64,000 nucleotides of DNA from a bacterium (GTDB lineage Bacteria; Omnitrophota; Gorgyraeia; Duberdicusellales; 4484-171), in the NCBI GenBank assembly GCA_021796115.1, contig JAJYOP010000002.1:6842-70841 (forward strand), read 5' to 3'. The notes below the pieces were generated by a model. It was not told where the DNA came from, ran no database searches, and was given only the letters and a program-made list of their open reading frames with translations. Positions within the stretch are counted from its first letter, which is position 1, and every line of letters starts with the position of its first letter. Below, in pieces: positions 1 through 7,948 of this stretch. Both the position numbers and the translations under genes were made by a program.

Positions 1-282
1 TTTTGCTTCGTCGATGCAGCGGCTTACTAACTTTGTGCCAATTTTTTTATGCTGAAATTTTGGTAAAACAACTAATGATTTAACTTCGCCTAAATCCTGC
101 CATCCTACCGCATGCAGTGCGCAGGCGCCAATGATCTTTTTCTTCTCCTGGTAAACCCAGAAATCCCTTATATTTTCATAGATATAGTTTAAGGAACGCC
201 CCAGGACTTTTCCCTTTTTCGACCATGAATTTATCAGCGCGTAGATTTCTTTCGCGTCAGTTAGTTTCGCTTTTCGTATCAT
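1..282 (-). CDS. GNAT family N-acetyltransferase (3' end runs off window)
   Basis: Not in ORF track. Reverse translation from ATG 282-280 gives MIRKAKLTDAKEIYALINSWSKKGKVLGRSLNYIYENIRDFWVYQEKKKIIGACALHAVGWQDLGEVKSLVVLPKFQHKKIGTKLVSRCIDEAK. This has a GNAT-like core resembling short ArgA-type acetyltransferases. It overlaps the upstream gene by 26 nt. Confidence 0.65.
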   Translation of the reverse strand, partial: MIRKAKLTDAKEIYALINSWSKKGKVLGRSLNYIYENIRDFWVYQEKKKIIGACALHAVGWQDLGEVKSLVVLPKFQHKKIGTKLVSRCIDEAK

Positions 283-859
283 CTTTGCGTTTCGTATCGT
301 TAAAGAATATGGTAATACCGCATAAATACATATTAACATTTATGCCGCTGTTGGGGTGTTTTAAGGCGGCATTAGAGAGGTGCCGATAGCGATATTCCAA
401 ATTCAAAGCAATATCATTTGTTATGCGGTATTGAAGGCCCGCTGCTCCCTGCGGGAGAAAATTATATTGAGTGGATTGCTCTTTTGTGTGCTGGCTCATG
501 TAAAGCACGCCTAATCCACCTTTTACATAAGGCTGCAATCTGTCAGTAAGCGGAAATCCATATTTGAGAAGGAAATCTGAACCTGCTTCAATATTTGAGT
601 TCGGTTGAATGACCGTATTAAGGAAGGGTTCTAAAATAAAATCGAAACTGCCTTGAGTATTCAGGCCAATCTTTCGTATGGCTGGTTTTAAATCAAAATT
701 TATACCGACCAATAAAGGTACTGCGTTGTAATCTTTTTCGGTGTTGTCGAGATGGCCGGTAAAGTATCCGGTAAGAACATCAATTGATTCAATAGCATAG
801 GCATTAATAGAAAATAACGCACAGGCTAAAAAAAGTACACCTAAAATAATCTTTTTCAT
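257..859 (-). CDS. Outer-membrane beta-barrel, PagL/acyloxyacyl-hydrolase-like (lipid A deacylase family)
   Basis: Signal peptide MKKIILGVLFLACALFSINAYA. Alternating beta-strand pattern. C-terminal RYRHLSNAALKHPNSGINVN matches the His-x-Ser-Asn motif of the PagL family. SD AAGGAGGGG lies upstream. Confidence 0.55.
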   Translation of the reverse strand: MKKIILGVLFLACALFSINAYAIESIDVLTGYFTGHLDNTEKDYNAVPLLVGINFDLKPAIRKIGLNTQGSFDFILEPFLNTVIQPNSNIEAGSDFLLKYGFPLTDRLQPYVKGGLGVLYMSQHTKEQSTQYNFLPQGAAGLQYRITNDIALNLEYRYRHLSNAALKHPNSGINVNMYLCGITIFFNDTKRKDDTKSETN

Positions 860-881
860 TCGTTCCCCTCCTTAAATATAA

Positions 882-910
882 ATTTTAAAGGATAAATGGC
901 AGGATGTCAA
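882..910 (-). promoter_or_regulatory. Sigma70-type promoter TTGACA-17-TAAAAT for the PagL-like/GNAT pair
   Basis: The minus strand reads TTGACAtcctgccatttatccttTAAAAT, ending about 22 nt before the start codon at 859. Confidence 0.5.
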
Positions 911-939
911 ACAATTTTGAGGATAAATTAACGAAAATG

Positions 940-2274
940 TTATTGGGAGGTGACGGGCTGCGATTGAGTTATGTTTTGAGGCTGTGCTGATTCTTGTGTT
1001 TGATTTATATTTGATTGCGTTGTGCTTTGCTTTTGAGTTGTTCCTTGAGGGATGTTCTCAATTTTTGCAAAAAAGTCTTTTAATGCGTAGTAGGATTTTT
1101 TTGGAATCCTCGCATTTAGGCCGTTCTTATCTTTCTCTTTATCTGACAGGCCGACAATACCAAACCACTCTTCATTCATATTAAGGCCGTTATTTGCTTT
1201 TATATCAAAGAAATATGAGCCATTTGACCAGCCGGCTTCGGTATTATGCACACACCAGTCGGCAGTATAACCTTCATCATGTTTCCACCATTCATCGCTC
1301 CATTCAAATAAAGAACCGCCGATGCAATTGCCGCTTTTATTTTGGCTAAATACGGTATGGTCGTAAATATTTTGCCATTGGGAAAGTATATATTCAGCTT
1401 GAATGTTTTCTGCCGGCTTTTGCAAATAAGCATCATAGGAATCAGCTCCGAATTCAGAAAGAAAAATAGGTTTATCAAAATAACCTCTTATCTGATCAAA
1501 AAGATTGCCAAACTTCTTGCCTCTGTAAGCAATAATTGCCAGTACATCGACATCAGGGCAAAACTTCGAGGCAATATCAAGAAAACTTTGCTCACCATTT
1601 CCGAACGCAACTGGATGATTTTTATCTATTTTTTTTATGCTTTTAGCTAAGTTATTTATAAAGGTGTAGTAAATTTCCGCTCGTTTGTCTTGTTTAGATT
1701 TCAAGTCGTTTATTTTTTCTATTTCCGGTGATGTCCAGTAACAGATTTTTCCGGAAAAGGTATAGCTATTCTCATTGCCAAGCACCCACATTAAAAGCCC
1801 TTTTTCGTCTTTTAGCGTCTCGACAATTTTCAGGACGCGTTCTTTAGTGCTTTTCTGGAAATCTTTGTCGGCATAATTAACTCCCGGATATGACCAGAGC
1901 CCAAGCCAGTCGCTGACAATAGTATAGATGCCAAATTTTTCATACATGTCATGGATGAATTCTTTAACCTTATTCAGGTCTTCCCCTGTTGAATAAATCC
2001 TTACGCAATTTATACCCGCTTCTTGCATCAGCTTTCCGTCAATAAGCCACGGCTTACTGGGATCCGACAAGAATTCGTAATCGTAGCCTTTACATATGGG
2101 TGTAGGGTTATAAATGACGCCTTTAATCAAAAATGGTTTTCCGTTAACGGCAAGGTAGTAACCTTTTTCCGGTGTGGTTTTGATTTCTATTTTGGAGTTT
2201 TCAGCGAAAGCATTAAAAGGCAAGAAAAAAGTAGAATAAAGACAGATCAATGTAACAATAATATTTTTTTTCAT
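940..2274 (-). CDS. Secreted clan GH-A-like (beta/alpha)8 glycosidase, family unresolved; paralogue of the C-terminal half of 3627..5939
   Basis: Signal peptide present. Motifs: NGKPFLIKGVIYNP, INCVRIY, VLGNENSY (putative acid/base), LSEFGADSY (putative nucleophile), FEWSDEWWK. Q/T/S-rich C-terminal tail. ATG at 2274 is preferred over TTG at 2295. Confidence 0.6.
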   Translation of the reverse strand: MKKNIIVTLICLYSTFFLPFNAFAENSKIEIKTTPEKGYYLAVNGKPFLIKGVIYNPTPICKGYDYEFLSDPSKPWLIDGKLMQEAGINCVRIYSTGEDLNKVKEFIHDMYEKFGIYTIVSDWLGLWSYPGVNYADKDFQKSTKERVLKIVETLKDEKGLLMWVLGNENSYTFSGKICYWTSPEIEKINDLKSKQDKRAEIYYTFINNLAKSIKKIDKNHPVAFGNGEQSFLDIASKFCPDVDVLAIIAYRGKKFGNLFDQIRGYFDKPIFLSEFGADSYDAYLQKPAENIQAEYILSQWQNIYDHTVFSQNKSGNCIGGSLFEWSDEWWKHDEGYTADWCVHNTEAGWSNGSYFFDIKANNGLNMNEEWFGIVGLSDKEKDKNGLNARIPKKSYYALKDFFAKIENIPQGTTQKQSTTQSNINQTQESAQPQNITQSQPVTSQ

Positions 2275-2294
2275 TTTTTCAAGCAGGGATGCCA

Positions 2295-2345
2295 ACGGAT
2301 GGCTACGGATGTCACGGATTAATCCGTGACATCCGTTAAATCCGT
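2295..2345. repeat. ACGGAT/ATCCGT word array with a perfect 32-nt palindrome (2305-2336)
   Basis: ACGGAT occurs at 2295, 2305 and 2314. ATCCGT occurs at 2322, 2331 and 2340. Within the palindrome the word period is 9 nt: ACGGATGTCACGGATT|AATCCGTGACATCCGT. Confidence 0.9.
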
Positions 2346-2353
2346 ATTTACTA

Positions 2354-3532
2354 TTATTTTTCGTACTTTATATCGTCAAGGTAGAAGACAATTCCTTCAG
2401 GATCATTGACGTCGATATTCGTTGCCCAGCAGAAACCGCCTATTATATAGGAGAGGTCTTTGCCTTTTAAATCGATTGTGTACTGTGTCCAATCCTTTGA
2501 TAATTGAACCGGGCCGATACTTACGCTGTCGGAATCGATATATTCGCCGCTTGAAATTCCGCCAACCTTAAACTCATTAATAACTTCACCGCCCTTGTCC
2601 CCCCTTGCCCAGAAGGTAAGTTTTGTTGCGCCTTGAAGGTTATAGCCGGCATTAGGAACATTACCCCAGTTATTTGCTGGCTGCTGCCAATACATGCCTG
2701 CCCAGCGCGTTCCAGAATTGTTTTTATACTCAATTCTAATGCAGCTGTCTCCGCTAAAGGGCAAATTTTTCCATTTCGTATCCAATTTTAAATCTTTTGC
2801 CGCGGTTGCCGGCATCCATCCACTGGGAACAAAATGGTTATCTAACGAACCTGCGTCAGCATAAACGTAAAAGGGAAAATTAATCTTTGCCTCTTCTTTT
2901 TTCAATGTTGGATCATAAGTATAATGGATATCGTCAAGATAAATTGTTTCTCCATCCGGGCCTACCTGGTCGGCATTGAGAATGATGCATAAACCGCCAT
3001 TGATATAGTGTAAATCCTTGTCAACAAGGTTTACGGAATATTCCTGCCAATCTTTGGTAAGTTTTATTGGCCCGTATTCAACGCTTGTTGAATCTGGAAA
3101 AGCAACTGCGTCTCCGCTTGGAGTCTTGGTGATCCCGCCGACTTTTACTAAAGTTATAACTTCACCACCATTTTTACCTTTTGCTTTAAAAACTAATTTG
3201 TTAAATCCAGTCAGGTCAACGCCGGTATCCTTTGTACCCCAGTTATTTTGCGATGATTGCCAGTAAATACCGGTCCAGCCGTTGCCCTGGCTCTTTTTTG
3301 CGCTGTATTCGATTTTTATATCCGTTGAGCCGCTTGCCGGCGATTGTGTGTCCTGATCGGTAAATTTAAGATCGCCGTAATCGCCCATCCAGCCGCTAGG
3401 AATAAAATGATTTGAAGTCGCACCTTTATCGGTATAAACATCAAATACTTTTTCGGCTTTCTTTTCCTCGGCTGCCATTGAGATGCCACACACCATTAAA
3501 GCCACCAGAAGTAACCCTAAAACTTTACGCAT
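2354..3532 (-). CDS. Secreted protein with two tandem carbohydrate-binding-module-like beta-sandwich repeats
   Basis: Signal peptide present. Internal duplication: NHFIPSGWMGD...IKIEY...GWTGIYWQ...NNWG...GGEVITLVKVGGI versus NHFVPSGWMP...IRIEY...RWAGMYWQ...NNWG...GGEVINEFKVGGI. SD AAGGAGGG precedes ATG 3532. Confidence 0.5.
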   Translation of the reverse strand: MRKVLGLLLVALMVCGISMAAEEKKAEKVFDVYTDKGATSNHFIPSGWMGDYGDLKFTDQDTQSPASGSTDIKIEYSAKKSQGNGWTGIYWQSSQNNWGTKDTGVDLTGFNKLVFKAKGKNGGEVITLVKVGGITKTPSGDAVAFPDSTSVEYGPIKLTKDWQEYSVNLVDKDLHYINGGLCIILNADQVGPDGETIYLDDIHYTYDPTLKKEEAKINFPFYVYADAGSLDNHFVPSGWMPATAAKDLKLDTKWKNLPFSGDSCIRIEYKNNSGTRWAGMYWQQPANNWGNVPNAGYNLQGATKLTFWARGDKGGEVINEFKVGGISSGEYIDSDSVSIGPVQLSKDWTQYTIDLKGKDLSYIIGGFCWATNIDVNDPEGIVFYLDDIKYEK

Positions 3533-3563
3533 TGCTTTCCCTCCTTTTGTTGACACAAACTAC

Positions 3564-3622
3564 CACGAATCAGACCATTCTTCCATTCGTGAATATTTGT
3601 TTTTAATTCGCGGTCATTCATG
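3564..3622. repeat. CACGAAT/ATTCGTG heptamer words forming a hairpin
   Basis: CACGAAT at 3564-3570 pairs with ATTCGTG at 3585-3591. Related words ATTCGCG (3606-3612) and ATTCATG (3616-3622) follow. Confidence 0.8.
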
Positions 3623-3626
3623 TTTA

Positions 3627-5939
3627 TCAATTCCACAAATCCTTATACATAAAATACGTTTTTTTAAGTTGTCTGAGAAACGGTGAATGTTTGCCATCAC
3701 CCTGGCCGGCTACGCCCAGCCACTCTTCATGCATGTAACCGTCCAGAAACGGCCCGGCAAAAAGGGCTTTTTTGTCATGATAGAAAGGGTTATAAGCTTT
3801 CCACCATTCATCAAGCCATTCAAAGACAACTCCGCCAATCGAATTTCCTGCTCCGTAACCACAGGAATTGCAATATATATCAAGCCAGGCGGTTTTGTGG
3901 TATTGGGCCTGGAATTCTTCGCTTTCCTGCATGGAATAGCCTTTTGCGATAGAAGGCGCGCCGTATTCGGTAACCATAACCGGTTTGTCAGCAACTCTTT
4001 TTACTTCATCCCAAAGGTCAAGGAAACCATATTTGCCGCGATAACAGTTCGTACCGTAGATGTCGATATCCGGGCAGTTTTTCGCAAAAACATCAAGGAA
4101 TAATGTATCTCCGGAAGCAATTGCCACCGGCCGTTTTTTCGGGTCAAGCGATTTTATCAACCGTGCCGCTTCGTTGGCAAACTTAAAAAAGCTTTCCGGC
4201 TTTTTGTCTGCGTTGCAAGCCACGCCATACACATTTTCATTACCAATGAGCCAGATTAGGATTCCGTCTTCATCACGGAATTCAAGGACCATTTCCTTAA
4301 TGCTTTTGAGCATATTTTTCTTCTGCTCGTCGTTGTCGTAATCAGTGCCGGGATTCCAGGAAGCCCCGCTGCCAATGGCATATTTTCCGAGGAAATCGCC
4401 TAATATGGTATATATACCATATTTTTCGTATAATTGTCGAATAATTTGCTTATTTATCTTGAATGGCTGGTGGTATATTCGTATGCAATTGACCCCCATT
4501 TCTTTCATTAGCTGGAAATCTCCCACTGCATTTTCGCCTTTATCTTGTATGTTATTTTGATTAGCATCGACCCAAGCTTCAAAGGGCGCGTCAATTATAC
4601 CGTTTTTATTGACATCCTGTAAAGTCCAATTTTGTTGCGTACCTTTATCAGGAGATTCCCCCACCCTTGTAGGCGCATAGGTTATGCCTTTAATCATAAA
4701 AGGTTTATTTTTTACCAATAATTGCCAGTCGCCATTAGCGTATTTTACCAGTTTCACTCCGCCATCGCCCATCGTCTGGACAATTTTGCCTGATTTTCTT
4801 GCTTTTTGCTGGCAGATATCAGTTTTTGCGCAAACCTTATCCCACAAGCTGACTTTTACCAGTTTTCCTGGATTTACCAGAAAGACGTCGTTTCTTATCT
4901 CATTATCAAATCCGTTTATGATTTCAACTGATGCATCCTCCAGTTTCAATCCCAGCTCCGGATGGTTCTTTAAAATATATTTTATACGGTATAGCGCGGA
5001 CTTGCCTATATACCATGGCGTATGCCAGTATGTCCAGCCATAAGCGTTGGGAAAATGGACTAAAACCGCATAGTAAGCTTTTACCGCTTGCTTGAAATCG
5101 CCGCTTCGCTCAAGGATGTCGCCGATAAAAAATTGCCGTACACCTTCCGGCTCGGGCGCGATGTTCCATTTATAAAAGGCGGTTTTGTAATCGCGACCGT
5201 TAAGAATTTTCCAATGGTCGATGTTTCCTAAATGTTTTTTTATTTTGACAAATTCAGGATCAAACTTCAACGAACTGGTGTTGGGGTAAATGCCTTCTCC
5301 GGCTTCTTTTGCCAGGCCAATCTGATCTTTGATGACGTATTTATAATCTTTTGTGCCGACATTAGTGAATTCGCCATATTTTGTGTAGTCAACCGGAAAT
5401 CGGCCTTCATCGCAAAGTTCAACCTTCACTTCTTTTTCCGGCTCCCACATGTTATCTTTTATCTGGCCTTTAATTTCATCAATGATGGTTTGCGAAGTTT
5501 CTTTTATTGACCAGAAAGTCCCCCTTGAGGGGTCAAACGACTGAGCAAAAGGATATTTTTTGATTACTTCTTCCAGAATTTTTATCGCCTCATCATATTT
5601 GGCTTCATCACGTAAAGTTTCGCCTTTAATAAAATAACAGACAGCGACGTCATTCATCACTTTATAGGCGGTTTCCTCATTCTGTGGCGGGAACGCATTA
5701 AGCGGAGCAGCTAATTTATCGGCTTCAGCGGAAAATTTTGCAATACATTCGTCGCAGGTTTTATAAACTTCTTCTAATTTTCCCTGGCCTTGCAAGGCCC
5801 AGGCGTTTTTGACGTATTCGCTGGAATCTTCTTGTTGGGCGTAAGAAAAAATAATGGAAAACGGAAGGCAGAAAATGGAAAGAAAGAAAACGAAAACTTT
5901 AATCCATCTTCTATTCTCAATTTCCCATCTTCTATTCAT
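3627..5939 (-). CDS. Secreted TPR-like N-terminal region fused to a clan GH-A-like glycosidase domain
   Basis: N-terminal hydrophobic anchor or signal. Helical repeat regions. Then KNKPFMIKGITYAP, two DxNxNG-type Ca-loop-like motifs (DVNKNGIIDA, DANQNNIQD), VNCIRIY, LIGNENVY, VTEYGAPS, FEWLDEWWK. Confidence 0.6.
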   Translation of the reverse strand: MNRRWEIENRRWIKVFVFFLSIFCLPFSIIFSYAQQEDSSEYVKNAWALQGQGKLEEVYKTCDECIAKFSAEADKLAAPLNAFPPQNEETAYKVMNDVAVCYFIKGETLRDEAKYDEAIKILEEVIKKYPFAQSFDPSRGTFWSIKETSQTIIDEIKGQIKDNMWEPEKEVKVELCDEGRFPVDYTKYGEFTNVGTKDYKYVIKDQIGLAKEAGEGIYPNTSSLKFDPEFVKIKKHLGNIDHWKILNGRDYKTAFYKWNIAPEPEGVRQFFIGDILERSGDFKQAVKAYYAVLVHFPNAYGWTYWHTPWYIGKSALYRIKYILKNHPELGLKLEDASVEIINGFDNEIRNDVFLVNPGKLVKVSLWDKVCAKTDICQQKARKSGKIVQTMGDGGVKLVKYANGDWQLLVKNKPFMIKGITYAPTRVGESPDKGTQQNWTLQDVNKNGIIDAPFEAWVDANQNNIQDKGENAVGDFQLMKEMGVNCIRIYHQPFKINKQIIRQLYEKYGIYTILGDFLGKYAIGSGASWNPGTDYDNDEQKKNMLKSIKEMVLEFRDEDGILIWLIGNENVYGVACNADKKPESFFKFANEAARLIKSLDPKKRPVAIASGDTLFLDVFAKNCPDIDIYGTNCYRGKYGFLDLWDEVKRVADKPVMVTEYGAPSIAKGYSMQESEEFQAQYHKTAWLDIYCNSCGYGAGNSIGGVVFEWLDEWWKAYNPFYHDKKALFAGPFLDGYMHEEWLGVAGQGDGKHSPFLRQLKKTYFMYKDLWN

Positions 5940-5944
5940 CGTAA

Positions 5945-6823
5945 TTACCCTACAACTGCTCCGGCAGTTAAACCCTTGATGATTTGTTTTTGCATTTTTA
6001 GATAAAGAAGTATTATCGGCAGTGCGGCAAGCGCAAGAGCTGCCATAATCAGTGTATGCTGGATTATATTACGGTTGTATATTTCCATCAAGCCTACTTG
6101 AAGAGGCATTAAGTTATCTTCAGTAAACATTAATGAGGCAAGGACAAATTCGTTCCATACGGTCATCGCATTAAAAATAATTACGACCGCAAGCGCCGGA
6201 GCAACTAAGGGCAACCCGACATTCCACCAGATTTGAAGCCGGTTGCAGCCGTCTATACGCGCGGCATCTTCCAGGTCGCGCGGCAGCTGGTCAAAGAATG
6301 TTTTTAAGAGGTAAATACTCAAAGAGAGACCCATGTTGACCATGGCAAAAATGTATCCGCTGCGTTCAGCGATACTGTATGGCTTTAAGAATGGAAATGC
6401 CGTATTAAAAAGGACGAAAAATTTATTCAGTAATATATAAACTGGGACAAACCCGGCAGGCAAAGGTATCATCATCGCTGCAAGAAACATGAAAAATATA
6501 ACATTTTTTCCCGGAAAATTCAATCTGGCAAAAGCATAAGCCGCAAGCGAAGAAAAAATTACGATAAAGAAAACCGTAACAAAAGTATAAAAAACGCTAT
6601 TTATGAAATAAGAACCGAGTTTTTCTTCGAAGATGACTTTATTATAATTTTCAAGGGTGGGAGGCGAAGCAAGCTTCATGCCATAATCCTCTCGAAACTG
6701 TTGTTCGGTTTTAAATGAAACGTTAAGCATCCAAAGGAGCGGATAAATACAACTCAAAGCAACGCTTATTAGAAAGGTATGCAGCAGTATTAAAATAATT
6801 ATTTTTTTAAAGTGATAATACAT
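5945..6823 (-). CDS. ABC sugar transporter permease (MalG/UgpE-like)
   Basis: Six predicted TM segments. EAA loop DLEDAARIDGCNRLQIWWNVGLPLVAP. ATG at 6823; an alternative GTG at 6841 abuts the hairpin. Confidence 0.85.
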   Translation of the reverse strand: MYYHFKKIIILILLHTFLISVALSCIYPLLWMLNVSFKTEQQFREDYGMKLASPPTLENYNKVIFEEKLGSYFINSVFYTFVTVFFIVIFSSLAAYAFARLNFPGKNVIFFMFLAAMMIPLPAGFVPVYILLNKFFVLFNTAFPFLKPYSIAERSGYIFAMVNMGLSLSIYLLKTFFDQLPRDLEDAARIDGCNRLQIWWNVGLPLVAPALAVVIIFNAMTVWNEFVLASLMFTEDNLMPLQVGLMEIYNRNIIQHTLIMAALALAALPIILLYLKMQKQIIKGLTAGAVVG

Positions 6824-6841
6824 ATTTTTAAACTCAAACAC

Positions 6842-6955
6842 TAAACTCTAAATCCTAAATAAACCACAAACACAAAACTCTAAACTCAAAACGTTTTGAG
6901 TTTAGAGTTTTAATTTTGAGTTTGTTTATAATTTAGGATTTCGAGTTTAGAGTTT
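6842..6955. repeat. Compound inverted repeat of AAACTCTAAA words with a perfect 38-nt palindrome (6874-6911)
   Basis: Arms AAAACTCTAAACTCAAAAC|GTTTTGAGTTTAGAGTTTT. Outer imperfect arms at 6842-6870 and 6917-6955 carry the same word. Confidence 0.9.
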
Positions 6956-6964
6956 CTCATGGTT

Positions 6965-7867
6965 TTATGTCGGCAATACGCCCCAACGCTTCCTGATCTT
7001 TTTTGAAACGTAAAGCATGGCAAATGAGATGGCAATCAGCATAATGCCAAGCACAACGCCTTCGGCACAGGCCAAACCTACCTGGCTGCCGCGAAGATGG
7101 TTGTATATCCTCATTACCGGTACCTCGGTAAGCCCTCCGGCTCCTCTTGTCAAAGCCAGTATCATTGCAAAGGCCTGCATTGTGCCTAAGATGGTAAGCA
7201 CAAGAACCATGGCGATTACCGGCGTAAGAAGCGGCAGGGTCACTTTCCTGAAGGTTTGCCAGGAATTTGCGCCGTCTATACGTGCTGCCTCGTATAATTG
7301 TTCGGGTATGGTTTGCAGGCCGGCAAGCAGGATTACGAATGCCCAGCCAAAGCCTTTCCAGCAATGGACTAGTGCTGTGGTAAGGAGCACCTTATTTCTA
7401 CCGAGCCAATCCGTAACCGCAAAACCCAAGCCGGCTTTTCTTAACCATTGATTTAATATTCCCGGATCAGAAATGAGTATTTCTCGCATTAATAACCCGA
7501 TAATTATTTCCGATAAAACAGGCAAAATAAAAAATATGACGCGGTAGATTTTTCCTGTGCGGGTTGCTTTGTCTACGCCAAGCGCGAGAACGAAGGCGAG
7601 TATATTTTGAAAAGTAAGCGCCCAGAAAGTGATGAATCCTCCATTATACATTGACCTCCACCAGTCTTTATCATAAAGGAGCACTTCTTTGAAATTTGAC
7701 CAGCCTACGAATTCAAGGCTCGATATGGCATCGCCGCGGTGGAAACTTAAAATGAAAGTGTATATGAATGGGTAAATGTAAAACACAGAAAAGATTAGAA
7801 ATGCCGGAAGGACAAAGGAGAAATTTTTGAATTTGTCGGTAAAGCTGTTAGTTCCGTTATTGCTCAT
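6965..7867 (-). CDS. ABC sugar transporter permease (MalF/UgpA-like)
   Basis: Multi-TM protein. EAA loop QLYEAARIDGANSWQTFRKVTLPLLTP. Confidence 0.85.
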   Translation of the reverse strand: MSNNGTNSFTDKFKNFSFVLPAFLIFSVFYIYPFIYTFILSFHRGDAISSLEFVGWSNFKEVLLYDKDWWRSMYNGGFITFWALTFQNILAFVLALGVDKATRTGKIYRVIFFILPVLSEIIIGLLMREILISDPGILNQWLRKAGLGFAVTDWLGRNKVLLTTALVHCWKGFGWAFVILLAGLQTIPEQLYEAARIDGANSWQTFRKVTLPLLTPVIAMVLVLTILGTMQAFAMILALTRGAGGLTEVPVMRIYNHLRGSQVGLACAEGVVLGIMLIAISFAMLYVSKKIRKRWGVLPT

Positions 7868-7902
7868 TTTTGTTGAACCTAAATCGTTTATTGATTGCGT
7901 CT

Positions 7903-7936
7903 CACGTATCAGTTAATACATGTTACCTGATACGTG
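7903..7936 (-). promoter_or_regulatory. Intercistronic 10-bp hairpin between the binding-protein and permease genes
   Basis: CACGTATCAG (7903-7912) and CTGATACGTG (7927-7936) are perfect complements separated by a 14-nt loop. Confidence 0.6.
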
Positions 7937-7948
7937 ATACATATCCAT

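Noticed and set aside
6957-7364. 135-aa same-strand alternative-frame ORF inside the MalF-like permease gene
   Set aside because: It is Arg/Cys-rich with an unnatural composition. The permease frame carries the EAA loop and the TM pattern.
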